A stretch of 64,000 nucleotides of DNA from Felis catus (Eukaryota), in contig NC_058382.1 of NCBI RefSeq assembly GCF_018350175.1, forward strand, positions 52,888,001-52,952,000. Reading direction: 5' to 3'. The notes under the pieces were generated by a model. That model did not search any database. It was not told the DNA's origin and saw only the letters and a program-made list of their open reading frames with translations. The first letter of the stretch is position 1; the number at the start of each line of letters is the position of its first letter. Of this stretch, positions 1 to 11,619 are shown in pieces. A program made the position numbers and the translations under genes.

Positions 1-854
1 TGGCCTCTTTGATCCCTCTCTATAGTATGACCTCATCTGGTGCTATTGACTCCATCAGATCCCTAAAAGAGAAAAATCTGTTGGGGTCGGCTTGTCTTCC
101 CAGGCCAGGCCGTTGGTCCCTAGCTAGGCTGTGGACTCTCTGGGCACAATCCACGTGGTGGCCTCCAAGCAACCTAGACTTGCAATCCTAAACATAGCCT
201 GTGGATGACACATTGGAAGGTTGAGAGGAAGCGGGACATCACAGTACATTGGAGACTTTCTCCAGCACAGCAATGCAAAAACTGTACAGTGGCAGGAATT
301 CTGCAGCTGGGTTGCCTCCATGAGGCTCAGTTTTATGTCCGGGTTAGATAAAAGACACGTTTTGCAAAGCACTGTGGGTCTGGCTCTGGGGCAGTGGGCC
401 GCATTTATGAAAGGCCTCATCTTCCATTGGTGAACGCTGCAGAGGCCAACCTCACGGTCGTAAGCAAGTATTCTCTGAGCCGCTGCATGTATGCAGAGTC
501 AGAGAAATGCCAACCTAAAGAAGCATAATGCTTTCTTTGGGGGTTTCTTTTTGAAAGTAAAAGGGGTTTTCTAACTTGATCCTGTGGAGACCACTTTAGT
601 TTCCATTTTTCTCAGATGATACCATCTAGAGAGGGGCTCCTTTCATTGTGGCTACATCATTTGTCAGCCATGTGGTCCGTGTTTAGAACCACATAATACT
701 TATTAATTACCACAATTAGGACTTCTTGTGGGCTGCCAGGACTACCTCAGATCTACTCCAAATATTCAAAAGGGATTCGTAGCCTACCTACCAGCAATGA
801 CAGTATAAGCCCAGGATGCAACCGGACCCCCATCCTTTAAAGCTGAATGCGCAT

Positions 855-1038
855 GGGGCGCCTGGGTGGCTCAGTCGGTTAAGCGTCCAACTCTTGATAT
901 TGGCTCAGGTTGTGATCTCACAGTCATGAGATCCAGCCCGGAGTTGGGCTCCACGCTGAGTGTGGAGCCTGCTCGGAATCCTCTCTCCTTCTCTTTCTGC
1001 CCCTCCCCAGCTCACTCGCGCACGTGCACACGCACTCC

Positions 1039-1084
<46 letters not shown>

Positions 1085-1108
1085 ATAAATGTATAAACTT
1101 CAGAAAAT
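855..1108 (+). mobile_element. Can-SINE (SINEC)
   Basis: Head GGGGCGCCTGGGTGGCTCAGTCGGTTAAGCG, (CT)n region, A-rich tail; degenerate flanking CTGAATG..CAT duplication. Confidence 0.95.
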
Positions 1109-1394
1109 GTCTGAATGAACATATTGATCACTTCTTTCCCAAAGTATGCTTCCTATTAGAACATTACTTATTTTTTTTTGTCCTGATGTTTAATGTAATA
1201 AGAGAGTATATGATTAACTCCATGTACGTTGAATATAGCCGTTATCAGGAATGGAAGCAATTCCATTTTGCCAGAGTTAGAGTGCTTTCGTGTCCTTTCT
1301 TTTATGTAATTCATAGCATTCTCCTGTTACCAATACCCCATACCAAGAATTGTAAATGCAGTTTTTCATCAGGAAGACAGAGGGTGGTGGGTAC

Positions 1395-1565
1395 ATAGGG
1401 TAGCTCTTTCATTTTCTAGCTGTGTGACAGATCTCTTCACTTTTTTGGAATCTATGCACTTCTGTGTAATACCGAGATGTTAGTTACCCATCTTATAAGA
1501 TTCCTTGTACTGATTAGAAATAATATTTATAGTTTTTGGCGAATGGTTGATGACAAACGATCATT
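1395..1565 (+). mobile_element. MIR fragment
   Basis: CTAGCTGTGTGAC...GTTACCCATCTTATAAGATT resembles the MIR core and 3' part; highly diverged. Confidence 0.55.
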
Positions 1566-2217
1566 ATCGCTAATCTTCAAGGTACCAATATTTATAAAAT
1601 ACGAACAGCAATTAATTCTTTGAATTGGGGCACTTTTTAAATATTTCCCAGTCTCTCAAATTTCCAGGGTGGGTAAACAGATGACCACTTTGGTTGCTCA
1701 GACCTTGCAAAACTTCGTGGCCTTTGCTCGTTTTCCCTGGGAAGGGGGTTTTCACATCACACCTGGGGAGTGATTTTGTCTTCACTGCCCCTATTGTCAT
1801 GGTGGCTGTGGGGGCGGCTCATTGGGGGCTTGGGTGCCTGAGAAAAGGAGTAAAAAACCCAACTGTGAAAACCCAAGAGAAACCGAAAGACCAGAACACT
1901 GGAAAAAAAAAAAGAGAGAGAGAGAGAGCTTCAGGACTGAAGCGGTTAAGGAACCGGCTTCAACAGGAAGTGGGCAGAAAATGCTGTTTTCAGTACGCTC
2001 ATGGGAACTGAGTTGGAAAGTGCTGTGGTGAGTGTGTGTGGAAAAAAGGGCTTTAATCAAGCTATAAATATCTGTTTCTTTGAAGTTTTATGACCAACAA
2101 TTAATGTTACTGGAAGGCACATAAAGAGTTGTTTCTTGACTTGTTGGGGCTGAGTGGGGCAGGGTCAGGTTAAGATTCTCTCCCAGACTGTCCCTACAAA
2201 TTCCCTTTCTGTGTGCC

Positions 2218-2244
2218 TGTGTGTGTGTGTGTGTGTGTGTGTGT

Positions 2245-2283
<39 letters not shown>
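2218..2283. repeat. Compound microsatellite (TG)n-(AG)n
   Basis: (TG)n 2218-2243 followed by (AG)n 2248-2283. Confidence 0.97.
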
Positions 2284-2286
<3 letters not shown>

Positions 2287-2339
2287 TAAAGTGTAACACG
2301 GGTGTCTTGAATCATCCTCAGCATATAGTTATCTGTCCA

Positions 2340-2720
2340 TCCATCCATCCATCCATTCCTTTGTTCATTCAGTGAACTAATGTTTATCAAGGGCCCTCTA
2401 TGTGCAAGCCCTGGTGATACAGCAGTGGACAAAGGAATGAAACTCCTGCCCACAGGTAGCTTTTATTCTCCTTGGGGAAAGAGGCAACTTAAGACATGTC
2501 AGGGAAAGTAAAGTGCTGTGAGGGTCATGTGCAGCTATTAAGAGGTCAGAGGGAGGAAGGACAAGAGGCTGTTTGACTCTAGAGGAGTCTCTCTCATGAG
2601 TTGCCTGTAAACAGACACCTGCATAAAGATTTGAGATGAGGGGTGCTTGTGGGTAGTAGGTACCAAGGCCCTGGGGCAGGCATGTGCTCAGGAAGGCTCT
2701 GGAGTGCCAAGGCCGCCAAT
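2340..2720 (-). mobile_element. L2 LINE 3' fragment
   Basis: TTCATTCA...ATGTTTATCAAGGGCCCTCTATGTGCAAGCCCTGGTGATACAGCAGTGGACAAA matches the reverse complement of the L2 3' end. Confidence 0.7.
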
Positions 2721-4249
2721 GGGAGAGACTAAGGAGTCCCCCCAGAGAAGGCACCTGTTACCAAGGTGCCTGGCTATGCCCTGCTCTGGAGGTGTTGAGG
2801 GTCAAACTTTCTTCTTCCCATAAAACAAAACAAACGGTGTGAAAAAACAAAAGCAAAAACCATCTCCTCCAATAAGGTACAGACAGGGCTGCTTTTTTTT
2901 TTTTTTAAGAATTCTATATGCCTCTTTTCTTTCCTTTCTTTTTTTTCTCACTTCTTGCTATGTGCTGACCTCAATGTTAGACATTTTTTTATCTCATTCC
3001 TGCCTTAAAGTCCTTCCATTGCTTTTGTGAGTATAATTGAACTTGAAGGCTAACAGGCTGTAGCAACATATACCTTTCCCCACAGGGTGCCCATTATACC
3101 CAATCTCCATTAATGTGGACTTCTGGAATTTGGAGCTCAAGATCCATTGGATTCAGGACTTGGCTTGAGGTTTACCCATGCACTCACTTTGGAGAAAGGG
3201 TTTACTTAGCAAAGAATACTCCAGAACAATCTGGAGTAGTCTACCCTTTGCAAGAAGGCAGTTTTAAAGTACCCTTGGGCATTTTAGACTCCTACCTACT
3301 CAAGGATATTCTTACCTATTCTTTTAAGGTCTTTGCTAAATAAAAGTTGGTTTTCTGGAAAGGCTTTCTGTGCATATTTGACCGCGGCCTTTGGTATTTT
3401 TTTTTAAATGCATAATTCAGATCAGCTTCCCTTCGGGGTTGTGTGAATTAGGGAGGTTTGCTGTGTGTGAACAAGCATTTTCCTCCTTGGGTTTCTTGGG
3501 TGCAGGGAGCTCTTTATGACTAATGGGATTCATTACATGTGTGTTTAGCCTACCTATTAATAAGGCTTTAACAATATTAAAATCCAAAGAGATAACAGAG
3601 AGGGAAGCCTTTGGGGGCAAGGAATCAATTGTGCTGGCTTGCTTGAAAATAGAACAGCAAGATGGCAGCCATCTAGACTGTCCTCTTAACTCCAGTAAAG
3701 CCAGAGGCAATGTCACTCAGTTGTCCCAAAACACTCAGTTCGCCATAGGGATTGGGATGTGAACTTCTTTCATTAGGCTCTCTCCACCACACAGACCCTT
3801 TGTGTGTTCGAGGAGCAAGGATGTCTTTCCTCTGGCATTGGGTCTGTAAGGAACCAGGTCTGGGAGCTTCAGCAGCAGCTAAGGGAAGAGATTGGCTCTC
3901 ATGTTTGTCCCTGCTTTTTGTAATTGGCCTTTAGCCTGATCTAATTCAGTCTGGTAACGTCCTTTGTCCAGTTAAAGAAATGGTTGATAGGGAATGAATT
4001 GTGATGGAAACCGAGAAGGATTTATGTACCTTTCAGAAACATGGTTTCCCCAGGACTGGACACAAAGGTGACAATTTTGGGAGATCTCTCTGGAATTGAT
4101 GTCAGTGTTGTTAAAAACACATTCTTCAATGGCTCCATAGGAGTAGAGTGTGGGTTTCAACCTGATACAGTGCCCATCCTCGCCAATGGACATACACCCC
4201 TGGCCCTAAATACACTATAGAGTACAATGCTGTCTTTTTCTTAAAAAAA

Positions 4250-4463
4250 TTTTTTTAATGTTTATTTATTTATTTTTGAGAGAGAGGGAGATGGCGCGAG
4301 TTGGGGAGGGACAGAGAGAGAGGGGGAAACACAGAATCTGAAGCAGGCTCCAGGCTCTGAGGTGTCAGCTCAGCACCCAATGCAGGGCTTGAACCCATGA
4401 AGCGTGAGATCATGACCTGAGCCAAAGTCCGACACTTAACTGACTGAGCCACCCAGGTGCCCC
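4250..4463 (-). mobile_element. Can-SINE (SINEC)
   Basis: T-rich tail, (GA)n, ends TGACTGAGCCACCCAGGTGCCCC (reverse complement of head). Confidence 0.95.
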
Positions 4464-4814
4464 TGCCACCATCTCCTTTAAACTTAGCAATGCAACCAGC
4501 TATAAAGAAAGATGCTAGGATGTTGGTGACATCACCATGACATAGCCATTCAAGAGCCATTTCCCCCTTTCTGCACCAGGAGAAAGAACGACACTTCTAA
4601 AGGAAAAAGTCAGGGCAAAAAATCGTGTTTACATCTATGATAAAAACAAAATGTCATGGCAGAGCTGGGAGAGGGTAGGAAGGCAAAGCAGCTTATTAGA
4701 ATGGAAAAAAAAAACCCACGAAAACACTAAGTGCCAATTTATTTACGATAGTTGTGTTTGAGCGATGAGGATCTGGATTTGTTTTTCTTTGTATTTTCTC
4801 CTTTAAACAAATGG

Positions 4815-5180
4815 GTACTGTTAATTAAGAGATTAAAGAGAAATGTTCAGTGGCTTATTTCGACCCAATATTTTTCTGTGCCTTGACTTTAGATGGAACT
4901 TCTATTTGCATAAAAATTATGCTTGCAATGCATATGGTGATTTTCTTTTTTTAATGAAAAAGCCACCATTTTTACCATCCCGGCAGCTCAGCAACCAGTG
5001 GGCAGAGCGCCGACCCGGTTCCTATTTACCCGAGACCAGGGTGACACCCACAACAGACACAGTGACATTAATTTTACCACAGGTTTCCGGCCAGAGCCAA
5101 GGGAGAAACTGCAGCCTCTTTGGTAACTTGAATGAACATCAAAAGAATAATCAGATATTAGTTAGTCCTGTTCCTCTTTC
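4815..5180. promoter_or_regulatory. Candidate conserved non-coding/enhancer block
   Basis: Repeat-free; TTAATTAA, octamer ATTTGCAT at 4904-4911, ATTAAT; inference from motif content only. Confidence 0.3.
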
Positions 5181-5399
5181 TCAGACCATTGATAGTTTTG
5201 TCTCCTGCCTCCCCTCCCTCCCCTATGCCCTTTGACAGAGCATGGCAGGCTTGAAGGAGAAAGGGAAAAGGGGAAACTGGTGACTCAGCCAGCGCAGGCC
5301 TTACCACAGCTTCCTGGCCACCTCCTTCCATGAGAGAGAGGGGAGGAAGCCCAGAGCATTCTAGCACTCGGTATTATATGGACAAGGTGGACTGGAGCA

Positions 5400-5548
5400 A
5401 ATGTATGGATGAATGAGTGGATAACTGAATGAATGAATGAGTCCGTGAGTGAATGAATGGGTGAAGAATGAATGAATGAGTGAGGGAATGAATGAGTGAC
5501 TGAGTAAATAAATGAATGAGTGAGTGAGTGAATGAATGAATGAATGGA
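5400..5548 (+). repeat. Degenerate (TGAA/TGAG)n tetranucleotide repeat, probably an expanded L2 3' tail
   Basis: About 150 bp of TGAA/TGAG/TGGA units preceded by ...AGCAAATGTAT, similar to an L2 terminus. Confidence 0.85.
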
Positions 5549-5904
5549 TACCCAAAGTCACTCAAAATTAGAGTTGAGACAGATGAATTGCCATTGCTGT
5601 ACATATCTTGTCCTGCCTCCTCACCCCTCAATCCTGTGAATGCCAAGATATGTTTGGTCAAGTACAGACCAGCTTGCCAATCGGGCTGCTTTCAAAGCCA
5701 TTGGCATGTTGATGTTTTCTTACCATTTTTGCCAGCACTCTGATCTGTGCTTCCTGAATTCTAAGAGCAAACAACAACAACAACAAACAACCCCCACACA
5801 CCACAGTAGGGTAACCTTCTAAAAAAACTCATCTAAGACTTTTGGTGGGGGGCAGACAAAGTTGATGCTTTCTAAAAGTTTTGGAATAAAATATGGACAA
5901 AGGC

Positions 5905-5958
5905 AGGGCACCTGGGTGGCTCAGTCGGTCAGGCGGCCGACTCTTGATGTTGACTCAG
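5905..5958 (+). mobile_element. 3'-truncated Can-SINE head
   Basis: AGGGCACCTGGGTGGCTCAGTCGGTCAGGCGGCCGACTCTTGATGTTGACTCAG, then similarity stops; no CT region or tail. Confidence 0.85.
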
Positions 5959-6564
5959 TGACCATCTGAAGATGTACCTCGAGTGGGGCGTAATAAGTCT
6001 CCCTCATTTAAAGAAGCCTTAAGAGGCAATCAGGGAGGCAATAAGAGGAAAATAATCGTGTTTCTTTCATTAAAAGGAGCCCGATATTTATTGATCCAAC
6101 AAGTTTACACTGCGTGCACCCAGGAGTGCCATCAGCCCAAACCAGATGGGTGTCTTGGGTAACTGTTTCCTCACATTGCTGCCGAGGGGATTCGCCGGAT
6201 CGCCTTGTCAGCTTCTGGATTCTTTGGGCACACGGGAGAGGCGACATGGTTCTGGCTTATTTCTAAGCCCCTTTGAGGTCATTTCTGGTCCCCAAACTAG
6301 CAAAATAAGGCAAAATAAGGCAAAATTTTCTCACAATTCCTTGGATGTTCCCTCCTGCCCTGCCCCTTCTGTTGCCGGGGTTCCCCCTTCTGGAGGCTTC
6401 CACGTGCTTTGGAATCCACCGAAGGTGATCGTGGCCTAGGAAATGTCTGTTGCCTCTGTCTGCCTCTTGTTTTCCTCCCATACCCCAGCCACCAGGACCC
6501 TCTCCTCTCCCTCCAGCAGTTTTATTTAGCAGGAGAGGAGAGACGGAAAAATGGCCCCCTATTT

Positions 6565-6725
6565 TCTAGCTGTTTCTTCATGGCGCTCGAACTGCTTTCA
6601 GGCATGTCCTTATTACCTCATTAATCCTCATAATGTTCCCTTGGCAGTATTATTCTTATTTTCGGGACGGAGAAATTGAGGCACGGGCAAAATAAATGGC
6701 ATGTGGAAGGTCAGAGAGCCGGGCA
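6565..6725 (-). mobile_element. MIR fragment
   Basis: CTCATTAATCCTCATAA...ATTTTCGGGACGGAGAAATTGAGGCAC is the reverse MIR core. Confidence 0.7.
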
Positions 6726-7149
6726 GTGGAAGAGGCGGGGCGGCCTCTGGCATCCGTCCTGGGCCATCGGTCAGGCTGTCCTCTTCCAACACGGAGAGAG
6801 AGGGAGAAGGAGGGAAGGAGCTCAAATTGCAGAGGTGATTGAACGAATGGAGGCAAATTTGGTTATCACTCATCAGTCTTCCTGGTGGATAAATAGACTG
6901 TTACCCACCAGGTTTTCCACAGTGGGACTGTCAACATTGCAGGTGTCCTGTGTACCGGGCCCTGTACTGGGCTCGGGGACTCTGCAGTTAATGACACAGA
7001 CCAGAGACTTGCCTCAGTGGAGTTAATATGTGGGAGGATTCCGAACCTCACGAGCAAGAATGCACACCTAAGAAAGGCCTCCTTCGCCCACCCCAGCCTC
7101 ACCCCTCCACACCCAGCCTCAGCCCCCACCCGGGTTTCTGCCCTGTCCT

Positions 7150-7730
7150 CCTCATGGGTCTCCTGGCACCCCGCTCTTCCTCCCTTGGGTCTTTCCTCAA
7201 CAGAGTCTCCTTTGAAAACCTAAGTTACATCACATTTTTCCCCTGCTGAGAACCTTCCGCAGGCTTCAAGATGTCAGTCCTCGTGGAAGCTGGTCTTGAC
7301 CAGGGCTTGTGGGATCCTTCCTGCTCTCCCCTGTTCCCAGGCTCTGTGTTTGCACCTGCCGGGCTCTCTCCCTCCCTCGCTCACTCTGTTCCCGCTGTGC
7401 CAGCCTCCGCGCTGCTCAAGCACCCCAGGCACGCTCTGCCTCAAAGCCTCCCTCGCCCCCTCGCTAACCACAGGCCTCACCTTCGCCCGCCTTTCTTGCA
7501 CCTTCTGAGGAGGCCTTCTCCCCACATCTCACATCTGGTTAGTCTGCCTTCCCCGTGCCCCTCAGCACTCCTTCGTCCTCACCGGCTTTATTTTTCCCCA
7601 AAGGCATCACCTTGGGACCATCCATCCGTTTTCTCTCCCCTTCATGAAAATGCACTCTGGGAGGGCAGACGTTCCATCTGTTCTGTCCACTGCTGCATTC
7701 CCATTACCAGGAACCTACTAGGTGCTTCAC
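7150..7730 (+). mobile_element. L2 LINE 3' region
   Basis: CCCCTGCTGAGAACCTTCC...TGTTCTGTCCACTGCTGCATTCCCA...TAGGTGCT follows the L2 3' region. Confidence 0.7.
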
Positions 7731-9099
7731 ACATAACTGGGTCTCTTTCCGGTGGACACCCTCCCAGGGTTACAGAATAGCGAGGAGCCTGGAGTAGGGA
7801 TCTGTGTTCAGAAGACTTCACTGGGGAGCCGAAAGGATCACGCTGGGTGGGGATTCTTTGGGGTTGTAGGATGTTGGGGAGGAGTCCGGGGAGAAGCCCA
7901 GGACAGGGCTCGCTGTCCTTGGTGGGTTTTGTACTTTTCTGTGGCAGAGACATAGAAGGATCTCTTCACCTAAAGGACCAAATTGGATTTTTTTTTTTTT
8001 TTTTAACTTTCTTTGTGAACTTTCGTAACAGCTCACTTACCTACCAACCTGGTTGTGCCATACCCGGGGGGTTCTCATTAATGACAGCGCTATATGGAGG
8101 GCAGACTGTGACCTGGGTCACTGGATTCACAGAGAAGTCAGAACTCTCTTTTGTCAAGAGCCTGCTTTTCTCGATAATTGCATAATGACGTCTTTGATTC
8201 CCAGGCCCTCATCCCCAGCTGTTTCCTTAGGCATGTATTCAAGATCCGAGATGCCATTCACCATCCAGCAGGATGCATATTTGTATCTAGCTCCAAAAAA
8301 AGAAAAAAAAAGTTTTTTTTTTTTTTTTGGCCCACATCACTGCTGCCCATGGCAGAAGATTCTAGCAATTAGCAGGAACTGAAAGTGATAATTTATTGCA
8401 ACCAACACTGTGATCTAATAGTCACACATCCCAAAAGCAAAATCCATATTTTTTTTTTTTTTGCCACGGCACTGCCATACTGTTCTCCCCTCCTCACGCC
8501 TTCTCATGTCTTTTGTTTGCATTAGGAAAAAAACGTAACCCTCTCCCGCTGAGAACCAGAGAAAGCCTCTCAGGTTCCAGGAGGGATGACATTCACAAAT
8601 GTATTCCGAAGGGGGTTCTGTCTGTGTCCTAGGGGTGAGGGCTGTGTGGTTTGATCCGATTTCCAAATGATCTTCGCAAAGTACAGGATGCTTTCTTCCC
8701 TTTATGCAGGAAAGGTGATCGTCTCCCATAAGGGGTGGTTCCCGACACCGGGGTGTAGGGGACCCAGACTGGAAACTGAGAAGCTTCAGCCCTTTCATCC
8801 AGCGATCACAGTTCAAATCTATTGATTTTGACCCCTGAATCTTGCCTCGGATCCGAACCTCAGGTGAATTTCCAAACCACCAGGCAACATAAATTACGGG
8901 CAAAATGATAAGTAAGGTCCTGCCAGGTGACTAAGGCAGCGTGGCAATGCTTCAAGTCTTTAAAACATATCCCAGTGGCCCAAAAGCATTAATACGTTTG
9001 GAACATTGCCTGTCCAATGTTCAGAGAGGCGCCTGCAGAATTTGATTCCTAGGTACATCAAGTTTTTGAGCTGGAAGAAACTTGAGACAGTCTCTATTC

Positions 9100-9262
9100 C
9101 AGCACATTCCAAACCTGTCTGCTCATCAGAATCATCTGGGAGCTTAAAAACAAAATACAGATTCCTGAGCCTCACCTTCCAAAGACACACATTCACTTGC
9201 TATAGGATTGGACCCAGGAAGTTTCAAGCGGGGACAGAATCACAACTGTGGGGGACCCCTGC
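9100..9262. mobile_element. MER5-type hAT-Charlie MITE
   Basis: CATCAGAATCATCTGGGAGCTTAAAAACAAAATACAGATTCCTGAGCCTCACC is characteristic of MER5. Confidence 0.7.
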
Positions 9263-9772
9263 GATTGCACAGACAGGGAAACTGAGTCTCAGTTTGCCAG
9301 ATAGAGGATAGGAGGGTTGCAATCCAAATCCCAGGCCCCCGGTGTGTTTCGTTTTCTCCTGGACGTGTTTAACCCCGGGAGACCTCATTCACTACCCCCC
9401 CGAGGTCAGAGAATATGTGTAAGAATTACTTGGGAAGAGGGGCAATGAAATCTCACTTTCTTCAAGCCCTTTTGGTTCCTCTGGTTGCGTTTCAGTAAAT
9501 TTCCCCAAAAGGCAATTATCATAGTGTCCCTAAATATTGAGCCAACACTCACTGGGATCATCTCAAGGTTTTTCTTAGGTTGAAGAGTAAAAAGAGTAAA
9601 AAAGAATCATTTCATTGTTGTCCGCTTTTCTCTAAAATATGCAAGGCTGAACAGGAATTGCAAACAGTAAGTGTTTACTATAGCACGGTCCCATAAATGA
9701 ATGAGTTGAGGTGGGTAATAACAACCCAGATACTCCTTGTGGGGAAATGGAATTGAGAGAAATAGCGTTCGT

Positions 9773-9977
9773 TTCTTTATTTTTTTTTTCCCTAAGTTTT
9801 ATTTATTTATTTTGAGAGAGACAGAGACAGTGTGAGTCGGGGAGGGGCAGAAAGAGAGGGAGAGAGAGAATCCCAAGGAGGCTCTGCACTGGGCTTGAAC
9901 TCACAAAACCATGAGATCATGACCTGAGCTGAAGCTGAGAGTCAGATGCTTAACCGACCTAGCCACCCAGGCGCCCC
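9773..9977 (-). mobile_element. Can-SINE (SINEC)
   Basis: 13 bp TSD AAATAGCGTTCGT at 9760-9772 and 9979-9991. Confidence 0.96.
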
Positions 9978-10472
9978 AAAATAGCGTTCGTGTCTGCGGA
10001 GAAATGCATACCTTCCCCTTTTTTCTTGAAACACGTAGCCTCTCCCTCTATCTGTTATTTCTACTTTTGACAGAACAAATGGCAAGATACATCTTTCGCT
10101 TTTCTCTTTACATGAAGAAAAACAATATGCAGGCCTATGATAATGAACCTCACTGCTGAGGGTGACAACAGGGAGGGGTGGAGACTGTGGTAAACTCCAG
10201 GGCCCATGCTCTGTACAGAGAGGAAGTCACCTTCCGTTCTAGCTGATTGTTGCCATAGGGGGATATAGATCCAGGGTAGTCAAATCGTCTGATTGTCTTT
10301 TCTTCCTTTTCTAAAAGAAATAAGAAATGTAGATGCATGTGTGTGTGCCCATGAGAGAGAAAGAGAGAGATTCAGGAGTTTTAGATACTGGCAACTAATT
10401 CAGTTTATTTTTACTTTTAGCATATTGTACCAAATACATAGGTGTGAGTCAAAAAGAACAGGGTCCTTTGTA

Positions 10473-10700
10473 GGGGCACCTGGGTGGCCCAGTTGGGTAA
10501 GCATCCGACTTTGGCTCAGGTCACGATCTCACGGTCCGTGAGTTCGAGCCCCACGTCAGGCTCTGTGCTGGCAGCTCAGAGCCTGGAGCCTGTTTCGGAT
10601 TCTGTGTCTCCCTCTCTCTCTGACTCTCCCCTGTTCATGCTCTGTCTCTCTCTGCCTCAAAAATAAATAAATGTTCAAATGAATTTTTATTAAAAAAAAA
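10473..10700 (+). mobile_element. Can-SINE (SINEC)
   Basis: Full length; TSD AAAAAGAACAGGGTCCTTTG at 10451-10470 and 10701-10720. Confidence 0.97.
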
Positions 10701-10746
10701 AAAAAGAACAGGGTCCTTTGCAGCCCACAGGCTACAACTTTGAGAC

Positions 10747-11001
10747 GTTTTAAAAAATGTTTGTTTATTTATTTAGGTATGTATTTATTTTTATTTTTTT
10801 TAATGTTTATTCATTTTTGAGAGACAGACACAGAGCATTAATGGGGGAGGGGCAGAGAGAGAGGGAGACACAGAATCTGAAGCAGGCTCCGGGCTCTGAG
10901 CTGTCAGCACAGAGCCTGACGCGGGGCTCGAACCCACAAACCGTGAGATCGTGACGTGAGCCAAAGTCAGACACTTAACCTACTGAGCCACCCAGGTGCC
11001 C
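10747..11001 (-). mobile_element. Can-SINE (SINEC)
   Basis: Full length; TSD CAACTTTGAGAC at 10735-10746 and 11004-11015. Confidence 0.97.
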
Positions 11002-11060
11002 TTCAACTTTGAGACTTCTGATGAAAAGATACTTAACTGAAGTATGAGTGACAAGGGACT

Positions 11061-11463
11061 ATGAGTGACAGAGTTAACCGGGACAGTGGAACCAGTAGGA
11101 GGTACATGTTAGGAGATTTATTGCAAGGAAATGGCTTATGTGATTCTGGGAAAGCCCAGAATCCATGCTGTGAATGCTTGAGACAGGCAGGCCAGAGCTC
11201 CAGGCAGGGGCTGAAGCTGGTGACCTTACCACAGGCAGAATTCCTTCTTGCAGGAAATGCTCAGTTCTCCCCATCAGGCCTTTCGGCTGATTAAATCAGA
11301 CCCACCCAGATGATCGAGGATAATCTCTCTTACCCAAAGCCAACTACCTATGGGCTTTCGTCACATCTCCCAAATAAGGTCCCAGCGACACCTTGATTAG
11401 CGTCAAATTAAATAGCAGGGATCTGTCTCGTTGCCAAGGTGGCTCGTAAGACTGGCCATCCCA
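11061..11463 (-). mobile_element. MLT2-type ERVL solo LTR
   Basis: GAACCAGTAGGA...GAGATTTATTGCAAGGAAATGGCTTATGTGATT...GGATAATCTCTCTTAC...GCCAAGGTGG...CCATCCCA follows MLT2 LTR layout (recalled). Confidence 0.7.
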
Positions 11464-11619
11464 GGGCAGACGTTAAAAAAAAAAAAAAAAAAAAAAATCA
11501 GCCAAGGACAAAGAAGATCAAGGCCCCTATGTCGTCCTTTGACAAGAGTCTTAATTTTTTCTCTCTCTCTCTTTTTTTTTTCCCTTAAAAAAAGGAGATC
11601 GTTTTAAAGAGCCTGAGAA

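Noticed and set aside
855..945. tRNA-like A/B boxes at SINE heads
   Set aside because: tRNA-derived SINE promoters followed by SINE body and tail; not tRNA genes
7271..7780. 169 aa Pro/Leu/Ser-rich ORF
   Set aside because: Translation of pyrimidine-rich L2 sequence
10484..10666. Recurrent MAQ..AQVMISR..LEPASDSVSP ORFs (also near 866, 4270, 13711, 45644, 52015, 56251)
   Set aside because: Chance translations of Can-SINEs, not a gene family
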